A stretch of 50,886 nucleotides of DNA, from NCBI GenBank assembly GCA_043804515.1, contig JAZDIZ010000196.1, positions 1 to 50,886 on the forward strand, given 5' to 3'. Positions 35,261 through 43,437 of this stretch are shown here, piece by piece. The translations under genes and the position numbers were made by a program. The notes beneath the pieces are model-generated. The model worked only from the letters and a program-made list of their open reading frames with translations, was not told where the DNA came from and did no database searches. Each line of letters begins with the position of its first letter. The stretch's first letter is position 1. This stretch comes from Pseudomonadota bacterium. GTDB lineage: Bacteria; Bdellovibrionota_G; JALEGL01; DATDPG01.

Positions 35261-36274
35261 CTAGAACAGCTGCGTCCAGTCGCTGCCAACCACCTTCAAG
35301 AGGATTCCGTCGGTGCCGTCAGTTCCGACGGCGAACGAACCCGACGTCAACGCCAGAACACCGGTCAGTGAAAAGCTCTCCCCCGCGGGGTTCGTCACCG
35401 AGGCCCAGGTTGTGCCGTCGGAGACCAGGATCACGCCGTCCGTACCCACCGCCAGAATCCCGGAGTTGGACGTGCCCTGAACGGCGAGCAGGTTTGAAAC
35501 GGTATTTGTTTCATCTAGTTTCCAATTCGCTCCCGTACGATGCAGGATGATCCCCGCGTTCCCCACAATGAAAACGTCGCCCGACACGGGATCGACCCAG
35601 ACGGCGTTCATTTGCGCCCCCGAAGGAAGTAGATTCGTGACTGCGGTACCAATAGCTTCCCAGGTCGCTCCAGAGTTAGCGCTCACCTGAATGGTCTTAT
35701 GCGTCCCAACGGCGAACATCTCCGCAGTTGTGCCCCCGATCCCGAAGAGATTTTCCGTATCTGCCACACTGTTGGTAGTGGGCCCCCAAGACCCGCCACC
35801 TAGTCTTATGATGGTTCCGCTGTTGCCGACAGCCACAACTTCCGACGCGTCCAACGCAAAAACCGCATTTAGGTCGTTCGTTGTGGAACTGTCCTGAGAA
35901 GCCAACGTGGAGCCGTCGAAGAAGAGAATCGCGCCCCCCGTACCCACGAACCACACATTCGTTGCCGACGCGTTTTGAACATCGCACGTGACGCCATTCA
36001 GCGTTCTCTTGGTCGAGTCCAGAACCGTGAATGTGGAGCCGTCGCTGGAAACCAGGGGTTTTCCGCCGTCGCTCGAAACGAATATGTCCCCCCCTCTGGT
36101 CCGGCAAATCGCCGACAACGGGTTTTCCGCAAGGGAAGTCGCCGTCGAGCCCTCGTCGCCCGGTGGCGTCCCCGTCCCACCGACGGGCCCATTGCCGGTC
36201 CCATTTCCGGCATCGCCGGCAATGCAGGCCAGGAAGAGCACGAACACGGGGATCAGGAAAAAGAACCGTTTCAT
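35261..36274 (-). CDS. Lipoprotein with beta-propeller (BNR/Ycf48-like) repeats
   Basis: Lipobox FLA-C; about seven repeats of L..V......VG..G.I...DG..W. Confidence 0.75.
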   Translation of the reverse strand: MKRFFFLIPVFVLFLACIAGDAGNGTGNGPVGGTGTPPGDEGSTATSLAENPLSAICRTRGGDIFVSSDGGKPLVSSDGSTFTVLDSTKRTLNGVTCDVQNASATNVWFVGTGGAILFFDGSTLASQDSSTTNDLNAVFALDASEVVAVGNSGTIIRLGGGSWGPTTNSVADTENLFGIGGTTAEMFAVGTHKTIQVSANSGATWEAIGTAVTNLLPSGAQMNAVWVDPVSGDVFIVGNAGIILHRTGANWKLDETNTVSNLLAVQGTSNSGILAVGTDGVILVSDGTTWASVTNPAGESFSLTGVLALTSGSFAVGTDGTDGILLKVVGSDWTQLF

Positions 36275-36324
36275 GATTTGATCAGACTAACATCGAAACC
36301 ATTCGTGAACCAACCCCGACGCTC

Positions 36325-36963
36325 CTAAACTTCGGCCGACGGGCAGAGCGGGGCCAAGGCACACGACCCGCAGAGCGGCTTCCGGGCTTTGCAGAGCTTG
36401 CGGCCGTGCCAGACGAGGCGATGCGAAAAGATCGTCCAGTCTTTGCGCGGAACGAGCTCCATGAGATCCGATTCCACCTTCACGGGGTCTTCATGACGAG
36501 TGAGGTGCAACCGGCGGCTGACCCTTCCTACGTGCGTGTCCACGACGACTCCTTCGTTCTTTCCGAACGCGGACCCGAGAACCACGTTCGCGGTTTTCCT
36601 CCCCACCCCCCGCAGGCGGGTCAACTCTTCCATCGTGTCGGGGACTCTTCCGCCGAATTCGTCGCGGATCTGGCGGGCCGCCTCCTGGATGGCACGTGCC
36701 TTGCTCCGGAAAAACCCCGTGGACCGGACCAGATCCTCCAATTCCTCCCGGGGGACCTCCGCGAAATCCTTCGCCGTCTTGAGGCGCCGGAAAAGCTCGG
36801 GCGTCACCTGATTCACGCGCTCGTCGGTGCACTGCGCTGAAAGAATCGTGGATACCAGCAGCTGGAGAGGGCTCTCGTGTCGCAGCGCCGTGCGAACGTC
36901 CGGGTACATCTTTGCGAGGATTTTAAAGATTTTCTTCGTTTGTTCAGGCTTTGGCTTTTTCAA
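36325..36963 (-). CDS. nth: Endonuclease III
   Basis: LSAQCTD, HhH motif LRGVGRKTANVV, VDTHV and the 4Fe-4S motif CKARKPLCGSCALAPLC. Confidence 0.95.
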   Translation of the reverse strand: MKKPKPEQTKKIFKILAKMYPDVRTALRHESPLQLLVSTILSAQCTDERVNQVTPELFRRLKTAKDFAEVPREELEDLVRSTGFFRSKARAIQEAARQIRDEFGGRVPDTMEELTRLRGVGRKTANVVLGSAFGKNEGVVVDTHVGRVSRRLHLTRHEDPVKVESDLMELVPRKDWTIFSHRLVWHGRKLCKARKPLCGSCALAPLCPSAEV

Positions 36964-38674
36964 GAGCTTTCTCCATCTGTGCGGCCAAAAGTGTGTTCAA
37001 GACATCGTTCTTCGTCAAGCCGCCTTTGCGCGCCGTGTTCACACCAAACCGGATATCCTTCAACCCCTCCACGTCGTGGGCGTCGGGGTTGATCGAGATC
37101 CTGACCCCTTTCAAACGGGCGTACGGAAGAACGCGCCAGTCCAGGTCCAGGCGCTGCGGGTGGGCATTAAGCTCCATGAATTTTCCAAGCTGGGCCGCCC
37201 GGTCGATCAGCGCGTGAAGATTCACTTTGAAGCCCTCCCGGGCCAGGAGCAGCCGGCCCGTGGGGTGCCCGATCATCGTACAGTACGGATTTTCCAGGGC
37301 CCTCAGGCAGCGCTTCGTCATCTCCGCCTCCGGCATGTTGAACCTGGAATGAATCGAAGCCACGACAAAGTCGAATCCTTTGAGAATCCGGTCCGGAAAA
37401 TCCAGTGATCCGTCGGCCTGGATGTCGGATTCCGTCCCCCAGAAGATCCGCAACTTCGGATATTTTTTTTGGAGCCGGTCCAATTCCTCCTTCTGCCTTT
37501 CGAGATCGGCTTCCCGCAGGCCGTGAGCGTACGCCGCCGACGGGCTGTGGTCCGCGATCCCGACGTACTCAAGCCCCATGTCCGAAACGGCTTGAAGCAT
37601 TTCGGCCAACGAGTTGCGGCCGTCGCTGAACGAAGTGTGGACATGAAGCACTCCGCGCAGATCTTTCAGTTCCACGAGATCCGGAAACGCGCCGTTCCGG
37701 GCGGCGTCAATCTCCCCCGACGCCTCGCGGAGTTCCGGGGGAATGTAGTGAAGCCCCAACTTCCGATAGATCTCCTCCTCGGACCGACAGGCCACCCTCT
37801 TCTCGCCTTTGAACAGGCCGTATTCGTTGAGCTTGAAATCTTGGGCTTTTGCGAGGGCCCGAAGCTCGGTGTTGTGGTCCTTGCTCCCCGTGAAGTACTG
37901 CAGCGCAAAGGGATACTCCTCCTCGGACACGACCCTCAGATCCACTTGAAGGCCGTCCTCAAGGCGAACACTGGCCTTCGTTTCGCCTTCCGCCAGGACC
38001 TCTTGCACGCCCTGCAGCTTTAAAAAGCGTTTGCAGATCCCGGCGGGTTTCGACGATGAGCAGAGAAGATCAATATCCCGGACGATCTCCCTCCCGCGCC
38101 GCAGACTTCCACCCAGGGAGGCTTGCCTAACGCCTGGGAGCTTTCGGATGAGGGACAGAAGACTTTCTCCCCGGTCGATGATCGATCCGTAGAGAAAGCT
38201 TCCCTGGTTTCGCCGCACGTAGGCGATGCCGTCCAACACTTTTTGTTGCGTCTTCTCACCGAACCCCTCCAGCTTGAGGAGGCGGTTCTCCCTGCAAGCG
38301 TATTCCAACTCTCCCAGGGATTTGACCTCCAGTTTCTCGTAAAGCACCTTGACCTTCTTGGGGCCGAGACCGGGGATTTTGAGGAGATCGAACAAGCTTG
38401 GAGGAAACTCCGATTTGAGTTCCTCGTGGCGGGCGAGCCGTCCCGTCGTGGCCAGCGTCGAGATTTGTTCCAGAAGCGAGGTCCCGATCCCTTTGAGCTC
38501 GGCCAGCTTGCCGCTCTCGATCAGTTCCCCCAGGTCCTCATCCGTTCCCTCCAGCACACGGGCCGCATTCGAGTAGGCCCGCACTTTGAAGGGATTCTCG
38601 CCCTTGAGGTCCAGGAGCGTGGCGATCTCTTCCAGAACTTCAGCGACCTGGTGACGGTCCAATTTCAGCTTCAT
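36944..38674 (-). CDS. polX: DNA polymerase X with PHP exonuclease domain
   Basis: GENPFKVRAY, GSLRR...DID, VDLR, YFTGSKDHN; PHP motifs HVHT..SDG, DHS, HP and DAH. Confidence 0.95.
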   Translation of the reverse strand: MKLKLDRHQVAEVLEEIATLLDLKGENPFKVRAYSNAARVLEGTDEDLGELIESGKLAELKGIGTSLLEQISTLATTGRLARHEELKSEFPPSLFDLLKIPGLGPKKVKVLYEKLEVKSLGELEYACRENRLLKLEGFGEKTQQKVLDGIAYVRRNQGSFLYGSIIDRGESLLSLIRKLPGVRQASLGGSLRRGREIVRDIDLLCSSSKPAGICKRFLKLQGVQEVLAEGETKASVRLEDGLQVDLRVVSEEEYPFALQYFTGSKDHNTELRALAKAQDFKLNEYGLFKGEKRVACRSEEEIYRKLGLHYIPPELREASGEIDAARNGAFPDLVELKDLRGVLHVHTSFSDGRNSLAEMLQAVSDMGLEYVGIADHSPSAAYAHGLREADLERQKEELDRLQKKYPKLRIFWGTESDIQADGSLDFPDRILKGFDFVVASIHSRFNMPEAEMTKRCLRALENPYCTMIGHPTGRLLLAREGFKVNLHALIDRAAQLGKFMELNAHPQRLDLDWRVLPYARLKGVRISINPDAHDVEGLKDIRFGVNTARKGGLTKNDVLNTLLAAQMEKALEKAKA

Positions 38675-39335
38675 AGGGTGGCAGGATGTATTCGGTGGAG
38701 TCCACGAAGCCCGCCTCGTTGAACGCCCGCGATCTTTCCGCGCATTTGTTGCAATGGCCGCAATGCATGTCGTTCGCTGGCCTTAGGCAGGAAAACGTGA
38801 GCTCCAGGGGGAGGAAGGAGAAGCGTTTGACGATCTCGGTCTTTGATAGCCCGCGGTACGGCGCCAGGATCTCGACGTTCTTCTCAAGCGCCATGGACGC
38901 CGTTCGGGCCATGGCATCGAAGAATTCCGGCGTGGCGTCCGGGAACGAGTTGCCCTTCAACGTCCCGATATAGACCCGCGGGATGCCGCGGATCGCTGCG
39001 AACGTCGTGACGTTCGCAAAGAGGATGAGGTTGCGTCCCGGGAGATACACTTCCCGATCGTCGCTGAAGGCCCCGGGCACGCCGTATCCCGTCGTGCTCC
39101 AATGCTGATCCATGACCCCCGCCGCCCCTTCCAGCTCCACGACGGGTTTGACGCTGGAGAATCCAAGCGCCTGAATGTAGCGCGCAAGCCAACGGAGTTC
39201 CGTGCTTTCCCAATACAAGCCGGAGCGGACGTAAACCGGCGTGACTTCCATTCCCTGAGCGGCCACCTCCGCCAGGAGGATGGAGCTGTCCACTCCCCCG
39301 CTCGCCAGAACCACCGCCCGCCGGTTCGGATCCAT
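38640..39335 (-). CDS. queC: 7-cyano-7-deazaguanine synthase QueC family protein
   Basis: SGGVDS PP-loop, PGRN, FPD and the Zn site SC...HCGHCNKC..R. Start placed at ATG 39335. Confidence 0.87.
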   Translation of the reverse strand: MDPNRRAVVLASGGVDSSILLAEVAAQGMEVTPVYVRSGLYWESTELRWLARYIQALGFSSVKPVVELEGAAGVMDQHWSTTGYGVPGAFSDDREVYLPGRNLILFANVTTFAAIRGIPRVYIGTLKGNSFPDATPEFFDAMARTASMALEKNVEILAPYRGLSKTEIVKRFSFLPLELTFSCLRPANDMHCGHCNKCAERSRAFNEAGFVDSTEYILPPYEAEIGPSPGR

Positions 39336-39433
39336 GGCCGACTGCCATACCGCCACGAAGTGAATCTTGCAAGAGAGTCCCTCCGCCCATGACGATCCGA
39401 AACCGACTTGACGCGGTAGCGGGGGCGTGGTTG

Positions 39434-39838
39434 ATGGCTCGCATGAACGTGCAAGCACACTACCGGGTCCGGATTGAAGGTTTCTTCGAGGCCGCCCACA
39501 ACCTGCGCTCGTATCAGGGGAAGCCCGAGCCTTTGCACGGCCACAGCTGGAAGGTGGAGGCGGAGGCGGAGGCTTCCAAACCTGACTCGGAGGGAATGGC
39601 TCTCGATTTCGCGGCGCTCAAGAAGGAATTGAATGCGCGGATTGCGAAGCTCGACTGCGCGTACATCAACGAGATTCCCCCCTTCACCGATCTCGCCCCG
39701 AGCGCGGAGAACATCGCGCGCTGGCTGTTCGATGAACTCGAACCCGGGGTCCGTTCAGAGGGTTGTCGCTTGGTGGAGGTGCGTGTGTGGGAAGGCCGGC
39801 ACGCCTCGGCCTCCTATCGGTCGGCGCCGCCTCGGTAA
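39434..39838 (+). CDS. PTPS-family protein, PTPS-III type (ExxHGH, no catalytic Cys)
   Basis: FEAAH, KPEPLHGHSW, DF, SAENIA and VWE; Pro in place of the QueD Cys. Start uncertain (39434 or 39443). Confidence 0.8.
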   Translation: MARMNVQAHYRVRIEGFFEAAHNLRSYQGKPEPLHGHSWKVEAEAEASKPDSEGMALDFAALKKELNARIAKLDCAYINEIPPFTDLAPSAENIARWLFDELEPGVRSEGCRLVEVRVWEGRHASASYRSAPPR

Positions 39839-40233
39839 ACGGCGTACTGCGCGGGAGTCTCCCATAGCTTCACTTCCACGATCGGGAGCCCGCGCTCCTG
39901 GGCCTGAATGAAAATGATCCGGGCGATGTTCTCGGCCGTGGGGTTCGCATCCATCGGAAAGATCGGCTCACGGAGTTTCTCCAACGCCGGCACCAGAGGG
40001 TCGTCCTTGCGCAGAAGCATCCGGTGGTCGACGTGCTCGTCGATCCAATCTTTCATCGTTTTTTTGATGTCGGAGAAATCGATCACCATCCCGCGAGGGT
40101 CCAGGGATTCGGATTCGAACGTCAGCTCCGCCAGGCCGTTGTGGCCGTGCGGATGCGCGCACTTCCCGCTGTATTCCAAGAGACGGTGCCCGTAACAGAA
40201 ATGGATTTGTTGGGTGACCGCGAATCCGCTCAT
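39814..40233 (-). CDS. queD: 6-carboxy-5,6,7,8-tetrahydropterin synthase QueD (CxxxHGH)
   Basis: GHRL...KCAHPHGHN, GMVIDF, DH, PTAENIA and WET; ATGA overlap with the SDR stop fixes the start at 40233. Confidence 0.87.
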   Translation of the reverse strand: MSGFAVTQQIHFCYGHRLLEYSGKCAHPHGHNGLAELTFESESLDPRGMVIDFSDIKKTMKDWIDEHVDHRMLLRKDDPLVPALEKLREPIFPMDANPTAENIARIIFIQAQERGLPIVEVKLWETPAQYAVYRGGADR

Positions 40234-40964
40234 CCGATCAATCTTCCCCCGTCCACGTGCAGGATCGTACCGGTGGCGAAATCCGTGCCTTCCACGAGGA
40301 AGAGAACCGCGTTGGCCACATCCGTAGGCGAGCCTTCCCGGCGCAGGGGGGTGGCTTTCAAAATGGCCTGCCGCTCGGAATCGGTCATGGCTTCGGGAAG
40401 AAGCACCGGCCCCGGCGCCACTCCGTTCACTTGAACGGCGGGGGCCAGCTCCCGCGCGAGGGCCTTCGTGAGACAAACCAGCCCGGCCTTCGATACCAGG
40501 TACGGAAGATAGTGTTTGTACGGGCGCTCCGTGGCCCAATCCACGATGTTGACGATCTTTCCGCGACCGCGACGGACCATCCCCGGCGCCACTTCGCGAG
40601 CCATCAGGAAAGGGGCCTTGAGGTTTACGGTGAGATGCCGGTCCCAGGTCTTCTCCTGGATTTCAGGCCACGGCGTTCGCTCGAAGATCGACGCGCTGTT
40701 GATCAGAATGTCGATGGGGCCGAGGTGTGTCTCCACATCCCGCACGATCTTCTTGATGTCGGCGGGGCGCGATATGTCCCCCCGGACCGAGTCGGCTTTG
40801 ACTCCGAGATTGCGGATCTCGGCCAGTGTGTCTTTCGCCTCACTCTTGGACGTGTTGTAGCTGAAGCCCACATGGCATCCTTTGGACGCAAGCGCCAACG
40901 CGATCGTCCGTCCCACGCGCTTCGCACCGCCGGTAACCAAAGCCACTTTCCCCTGGAGGTCCAT
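40230..40964 (-). CDS. Pteridine reductase-type SDR (FolM/PTR1-like)
   Basis: TGGAKRVG (the Arg is typical of pteridine reductases), D...Y..SK catalytic residues, VNGVAPG and VDGG; adjacent to folE. Confidence 0.8.
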   Translation of the reverse strand: MDLQGKVALVTGGAKRVGRTIALALASKGCHVGFSYNTSKSEAKDTLAEIRNLGVKADSVRGDISRPADIKKIVRDVETHLGPIDILINSASIFERTPWPEIQEKTWDRHLTVNLKAPFLMAREVAPGMVRRGRGKIVNIVDWATERPYKHYLPYLVSKAGLVCLTKALARELAPAVQVNGVAPGPVLLPEAMTDSERQAILKATPLRREGSPTDVANAVLFLVEGTDFATGTILHVDGGRLIG

Positions 40965-41023
40965 CGGCGCGGACGATACGGCCCGGCGTTGGAATCGTCA
41001 AATCACGGCTGTCTCGGCGGAAA

Positions 41024-41593
41024 TCAATCCGCGGCGCTTCGAATGAGGGACATAAACTCGGCCCGCGTCGCTGGTTTCTCGTTGAACACCCCGAGCATGG
41101 CGCTCGTGACGGCCACGCCGTTCTGGCACTCCACACCGCGCATTTGCATGCACAAGTGCTGGGCCTCCATCACAACGGCGACGCCGGCGGGTTGAAGCGC
41201 CTCGGCGATCGTTTGCGCGATCTGTTGCGTCAGCCGCTCCTGAACCTGCAACCTGCGGGAGAACACGTCCACAAGGCGGGCCAGCTTCGACAGACCGATG
41301 ATCCGGCCGTTGGGAATGTAACCGATATGGCATTTTCCGAAGAACGGCAGCATGTGGTGCTCGCAGAGGCTGAAAAAATCCACGTTCTTGAGGATCACCA
41401 TGTCCTTCTGATCCTCGGCGAAGATCGCGCCGTTGATGACCTTTCGGGGATCCTGCTTGTACCCCTCCGTCATGAATTGAAGCGCCTTCGTAACGCGGGC
41501 GGGAGTGCCGAGAAGGCCCGGTCTCTCGGGGTTCTCGCCAAGCGCTTTCAGAATGTCGCGGATCTTTTCTTCCAAACGGCCCTCTCCGGTCAA
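41024..41593 (-). CDS. folE: GTP cyclohydrolase I
   Basis: [35 protein letters not shown] and HLCMQMRGV. Confidence 0.95.
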   Translation of the reverse strand: MTGEGRLEEKIRDILKALGENPERPGLLGTPARVTKALQFMTEGYKQDPRKVINGAIFAEDQKDMVILKNVDFFSLCEHHMLPFFGKCHIGYIPNGRIIGLSKLARLVDVFSRRLQVQERLTQQIAQTIAEALQPAGVAVVMEAQHLCMQMRGVECQNGVAVTSAMLGVFNEKPATRAEFMSLIRSAAD

Positions 41594-41658
41594 AGTGGAC
41601 GCGGATGCAATCAGATTCCCCCCGGGCGGTCAACCCGGGTTCGGTGTAGAATCCTCCC

Positions 41659-42579
41659 TTGCGTATGGAGTTGGCGGAACGAGATCCTTCTCCCTTTTGG
41701 ATTCCCTTCGGGTTATCCCTGCTGGCCCATGTGCTTCTGGTCCCCATCGCCACGCACGGGTTCACGTCGGCGCCTAGGTTGCCGGGACCGGAGATGCTGC
41801 ACAACCCCGCACGTGTCCGATTCATCACGGAGCGGAATCCATTAAAGTCTAGTGTTGATGTGAGTGGTCAAGTTGTTGATATTTTAGATAAAACACACAT
41901 ATCGAATTTACGATCAAACGACGCCCGATTTTTGAGCGATGAAAACCGTAGAGTGGATCGCGAGACACAGGCACGCCTGACGGGGTTGCCTTCGGCCGGG
42001 ACCCGAGCGGGCGTCCGCTCGCCGGCGTCCCCGGCGACGGCTCCCGGATCCTCCCGGGGGACGGAGGCCAAGCAAACGAAAGCGGGACGAGGACTGGACC
42101 TTTCCGTCCCCGAGAAATTTCTGCGCGGCCAGGTGGTCCGGCCGGGGGAGAGTTCGGGTGGTGATGCCGGTTTGGGCTCTCCGCGATTGGCGGCAATCTC
42201 CCCGTCCAATTATCTCCCGGAAATCGCTTACGGTGACGAGACTATCTTGAACACGAGGGAGTACGCATTCTCCTCCTTTTTCGTTCGGATGAAGCGGCAG
42301 ATGGAGGGCAATTGGGACCCAATCGGGGCGTTGGGCCGCCGTTCGTACCGCCGCGAACAGTTCATCACGGAACTCAAGATCGTCCTCCGCTCGGACGGCT
42401 ACTTGGATCATCTCTCGCTCCTGAGTTCCTCCGGCGTCGACGCCCTGGATCAGGAGGCAATGAAATCCGTACGGAAGGGAGCGCCGTTCCTGAACCCCCC
42501 CAAGCAGCTCGTGGGGCCCGACAACATGATCGAGATCGGTCCCTGGCGGTTCATCGTCTCCCTCGGCGAGTTGCTCTAA
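41659..42579 (+). CDS. TonB/TolA C-terminal-domain membrane protein
   Basis: TM helix with SLLAH motif, low-complexity linker, LNTREY, SSG...LDQEA...VRK..PF.NPP. Confidence 0.72.
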   Translation: MRMELAERDPSPFWIPFGLSLLAHVLLVPIATHGFTSAPRLPGPEMLHNPARVRFITERNPLKSSVDVSGQVVDILDKTHISNLRSNDARFLSDENRRVDRETQARLTGLPSAGTRAGVRSPASPATAPGSSRGTEAKQTKAGRGLDLSVPEKFLRGQVVRPGESSGGDAGLGSPRLAAISPSNYLPEIAYGDETILNTREYAFSSFFVRMKRQMEGNWDPIGALGRRSYRREQFITELKIVLRSDGYLDHLSLLSSSGVDALDQEAMKSVRKGAPFLNPPKQLVGPDNMIEIGPWRFIVSLGELL

Positions 42580-42593
42580 GGATTCATCTTTTG

Positions 42594-42672
42594 GAGTGGC
42601 GTTCCATCGGTGTTCCGTCGGCTCCGCCGGCAATCTAAGGCTGCGCCGCCGGAGCCCCCGATAACGCCACTC
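42594..42672. repeat. 79-bp imperfect hairpin downstream of the TonB-family gene
   Basis: GAGTGGCGTT/AACGCCACTC perfect 10-bp outer stem with an inner GGCTCCG/CGGAGCC stem; no U-tract. Confidence 0.6.
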
Positions 42673-42699
42673 AATATGTACAATCCGTCCTCTGCGCAT

Positions 42700-42847
42700 A
42701 TTCGCAGAGGTCCTCTCTTCATGCGTTGAGGTGCCAGTTGATGCCTCGAGACGATCGCCTGTGGCACGCTTTTTCGGCCCGCCCGCCCCATGAAACGTTT
42801 GATATTCTGGCGCGCATTCGCAGAAGTCCCCTCTTCATGCATTGAGG
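42700..42847 (+). repeat. Two 32-bp direct repeats with a 116-bp period
   Basis: 42700-42731 and 42816-42847 are 29/32 identical. Confidence 0.8.
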
Positions 42848-42979
42848 AATAGGCGAGGTCCTTCGAAGGCTCGGGCGTTCCGAGTTACGGCCTGATGGAC
42901 CACGATTAGCCGGAAGTGGAAACAAAAGTGTCGGAACGTTGGTTCCGCCTCTCCAGTGCCCTGCCGCGCTATCACATCA

Positions 42980-43012
42980 TTTCAATATGTTGGCCGTGGC
43001 ATGCCCCCTGCA
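42980..43012 (+). promoter_or_regulatory. Putative sigma-54 promoter and IHF-like site for the lipoprotein-RHS operon
   Basis: TGGCATG-CCCC-CTGCA at 42997-43012 (GG-N10-GC); TTTCAA-TATG-TTG at 42980-42992. Confidence 0.55.
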
Positions 43013-43035
43013 ACACATCGGGCACAGGACAAGAC

Positions 43036-43437
43036 ATGACGGACTCTTCCTCGGCAAAATTCGGCCTTCCAAGGATCTTCTTCGCTCTATTGGTGTTCGC
43101 ACTAATGGCGTCCTGTTCTTCAAAAAGGGAAACAGGCATCTCTGCGCCGTCGACGCAGGGGCAAAGAGGAATCACGCAAACCACGCAAAACGCGCCGGCC
43201 GTGGCGGCTCTCGAAAAAATATGCGGCAACGGCTTGGTGGAGGATGCCGAGGAGTGCGATGGGGGCGCCTGCTGCACGCGCAACTGCAGATTGATCCCGG
43301 TGGACTGGAACGTGGTTTGCGATCCGGTCGCGGGAACGATTTGCTCGGGAAGCACGGCGGATTGTGCGACCAACCGGTTGACGGAGATCCAGCCGGGCGT
43401 CCGTGCCTTCAACCAGGTTCGAGGCGTCATCCCATGA
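43036..43437 (+). CDS. Small Cys-rich lipoprotein (myxobacterial Cys-rich repeat / disintegrin-like)
   Basis: Lipobox MAS-C; CGNGLVEDAEECDGGACCTRNC...C...CSG..ADC; ATGA overlap with the RHS gene. Confidence 0.72.
   Translation: MTDSSSAKFGLPRIFFALLVFALMASCSSKRETGISAPSTQGQRGITQTTQNAPAVAALEKICGNGLVEDAEECDGGACCTRNCRLIPVDWNVVCDPVAGTICSGSTADCATNRLTEIQPGVRAFNQVRGVIP

Noticed and set aside
36325-41593. Dpd-type DNA modification or QatABCD-type defence island
   Set aside because: No dpdA/tgt-like gene, ATPase or TatD partner is present, and the neighbours look like housekeeping genes.
42760-42778. TGGCACGCTTTTTCG as another sigma-54 promoter
   Set aside because: The -24 box is good but the -12 position reads CG instead of GC, and no gene starts directly downstream.
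42700-42847. 32-bp repeats as a CRISPR array
   Set aside because: Only two copies, an 84-nt spacer that is too long, and no cas genes.
42939-43433. 165-aa N-terminal extension of the RHS ORF in the track
   Set aside because: It overlaps the Cys-rich lipoprotein in another frame; the signal peptide and ATGA coupling place the start at 43434.
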